Source of the DNA: Azolla caroliniana
Taxonomy: Eukaryota > Plantae > Polypodiophyta
Assembly (NCBI GenBank): GCA_043228905.1
Contig: JBHGNT010000021.1
Span: forward strand, 7,626,001-7,690,000
Reading direction: 5' to 3'
DNA: 64,000 nt
In this document: one piece after another, positions 62,844 through 64,000 of the stretch
Position numbering within the stretch: position 1 is the stretch's first letter
How the letters are laid out: each line of letters begins with the position of its first letter
Position numbers and translations under genes: made by a program
Notes under the pieces: model-generated
Database searches by the model: none
Seen by the model: the letters and a program-made list of their open reading frames with translations, nothing else
What the model was told of the DNA's origin: nothing

Positions 62844-62917
62844 CTTACATGCACTCACACACCCACACATAGCTCGCTTCCGTTGCACAACACCACTTAT
62901 GTCTCACCTTCTTTACA
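62578..62917 (+). repeat. Copia A 3' LTR
   Basis: TGTTG...TTACA, preceded by a PPT and homologous to the split 5' LTR. Confidence 0.92.
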
Positions 62918-64000
62918 ATAGGCACAAAGATATGCAACTATATAATTGCTCTTAAAGTTACAATGGCAACAACATCATCATCAACCTAACTAGGTTACAA
63001 AGGTGAGTTTAAATACTAATTGACCCATGGCAACTACCCTTCCCATATTTACAAATATGGCCTAAACCTAGTTTGTCCAATGCGACAGTGTGAATATGTC
63101 CATTATGAACCCGTATTCGGCAGATAATGTGTTAAATGAGGGTAGTTAGGCCTCATATTTATAGCCAAACCTAAGGCCTCCAGGCCAGTTCACACTTGGC
63201 CCTTGTGGTTTGTCTCAATTCTTAGGATTAAAAGTAATCCTCCCTTCTTTACACTCTCGTTTAACCCTCGCACTTTATCCACGTGTATATAATACTACAG
63301 ACTATAGTCTACAATACAAACTTACCACTGAATAATTTATGGTCATGCCCATAACAAAGTAACTAACTTCACTCCTTATTATATTCACGAGAACAAACTC
63401 CAAAATGTCATGATAATCCTCTTTATACCAATTGCCTTCGGTTTCAAAATTTGCTTGATGAATTCTTCCTCTCACTGGGGTGACATTACAATCAATGGTC
63501 CATGTGACCCAATTAAGAAAAGTTTAATTGATTTACTACTTAATTCCTTTGTTTTTTCTTGTAGATTTGATCTAATATCCATGTGGGCTCACTACATGAG
63601 CGTCAAGATAATCCAACCACTTACAATTATGTACATCAAACAAATGGTAGCATGTCCCATTGAATATGTAGCCAACCACTACGCGAACAATGTTTTTGCC
63701 ATCTAGATTTTACCATTCGCGTTTTCAAACAATATGCATTGTTTTTTAACACTAGAAAGTATGAAACACAAGGCTTACTACCATGAAAGCCTTTGCACAA
63801 TATTTTATCCTCCAAGGCACAAATAGAACATCGATTTTTTACATCAACTTACATATGTATCCATGACCATGGTTTCGGCTTTTATAAAAGAGATAACTTG
63901 CACACACCATCAAGTAACCCTTTTTTTATTCATGTACACTATTTTGTTAGAGTAAGGCCATTGTTTTGTCTTGTCTTATCCCTCTTGCATATATAAACTT

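Larger units (their letters stand above)
2912..62917 (+). mobile_element. Ty1/Copia LTR retrotransposon A (degenerate), expanded to 60 kb by nested insertions
   Basis: Homologous LTRs start TGTTGA at 2912 and 62578 and end CTTTACA at 18755 and 62917. TSD TTAGG/ATAGG (1 mismatch). PBS TGGTACCAGAGC, PPT AGGAGGG at 62571-62577, gag-PR-INT-RT-RH order. Confidence 0.9.
2527..63356. mobile_element. Solo LTR X (about 820 bp: 2527-2911 plus 62923-63356), split by Copia A; outermost layer of the nest
   Basis: Inverted termini TGTTA (2527) and TAACA (63352-63356), flanked by identical 5-bp TSD AAGTA (2522-2526, 63357-63361). No coding sequence. Confidence 0.7.

Noticed and set aside
63362-64000. Gene or decayed transposase at the right edge
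   Set aside because: Only short AT-rich ORFs with no recognisable motif.

Overview
Eukaryotic, land-plant-type DNA, probably from a bryophyte or other non-seed plant (inferred from the TE lineages present). About 95% of the window (2527-63356) is one nested retrotransposon cluster whose layers can be resolved by eye from LTR termini, PBS/PPT and target-site duplications (TSDs). The outermost unit is a split solo LTR (X, TSD AAGTA), which holds Copia A (2912-62917). Copia A carries three inserts: (i) in its 5' LTR, an RTEX-like LINE1, itself hit by tRNA-Trp-primed Gypsy derivatives (TG1 containing TG2, plus solo S1); (ii) the stack Copia B > Copia C > Copia D > TG3, plus solo S2; (iii) a self-priming chromovirus containing Copia E (hit by a truncated autonomous Trp-primed Gypsy, 'Phy') and LINE2 (hit by solo S3). 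Nearly all coding regions are decayed; the long open frames are three Gag-like ORFs of non-autonomous elements and part of LINE2 ORF2. Most notable: (1) all 7 insertions of the Trp-primed Gypsy family are centred on a CG dinucleotide (4-bp target, MCGN in element orientation), two of them at the homologous ACGT in the two LINE copies; (2) the family has Gag-only members with repetitive basic tails, including a very recent three-LTR heterodimer; (3) LTRs of two unrelated Gypsy families carry an antisense tRNA-like A-box/B-box module near the U3 end; (4) the locus-specific chromovirus/Copia A 3' junction has been copied twice about 44 kb upstream. A possible host first exon lies at about 1323-1481 (-). 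All calls come from reading the sequence; no database searches were run.
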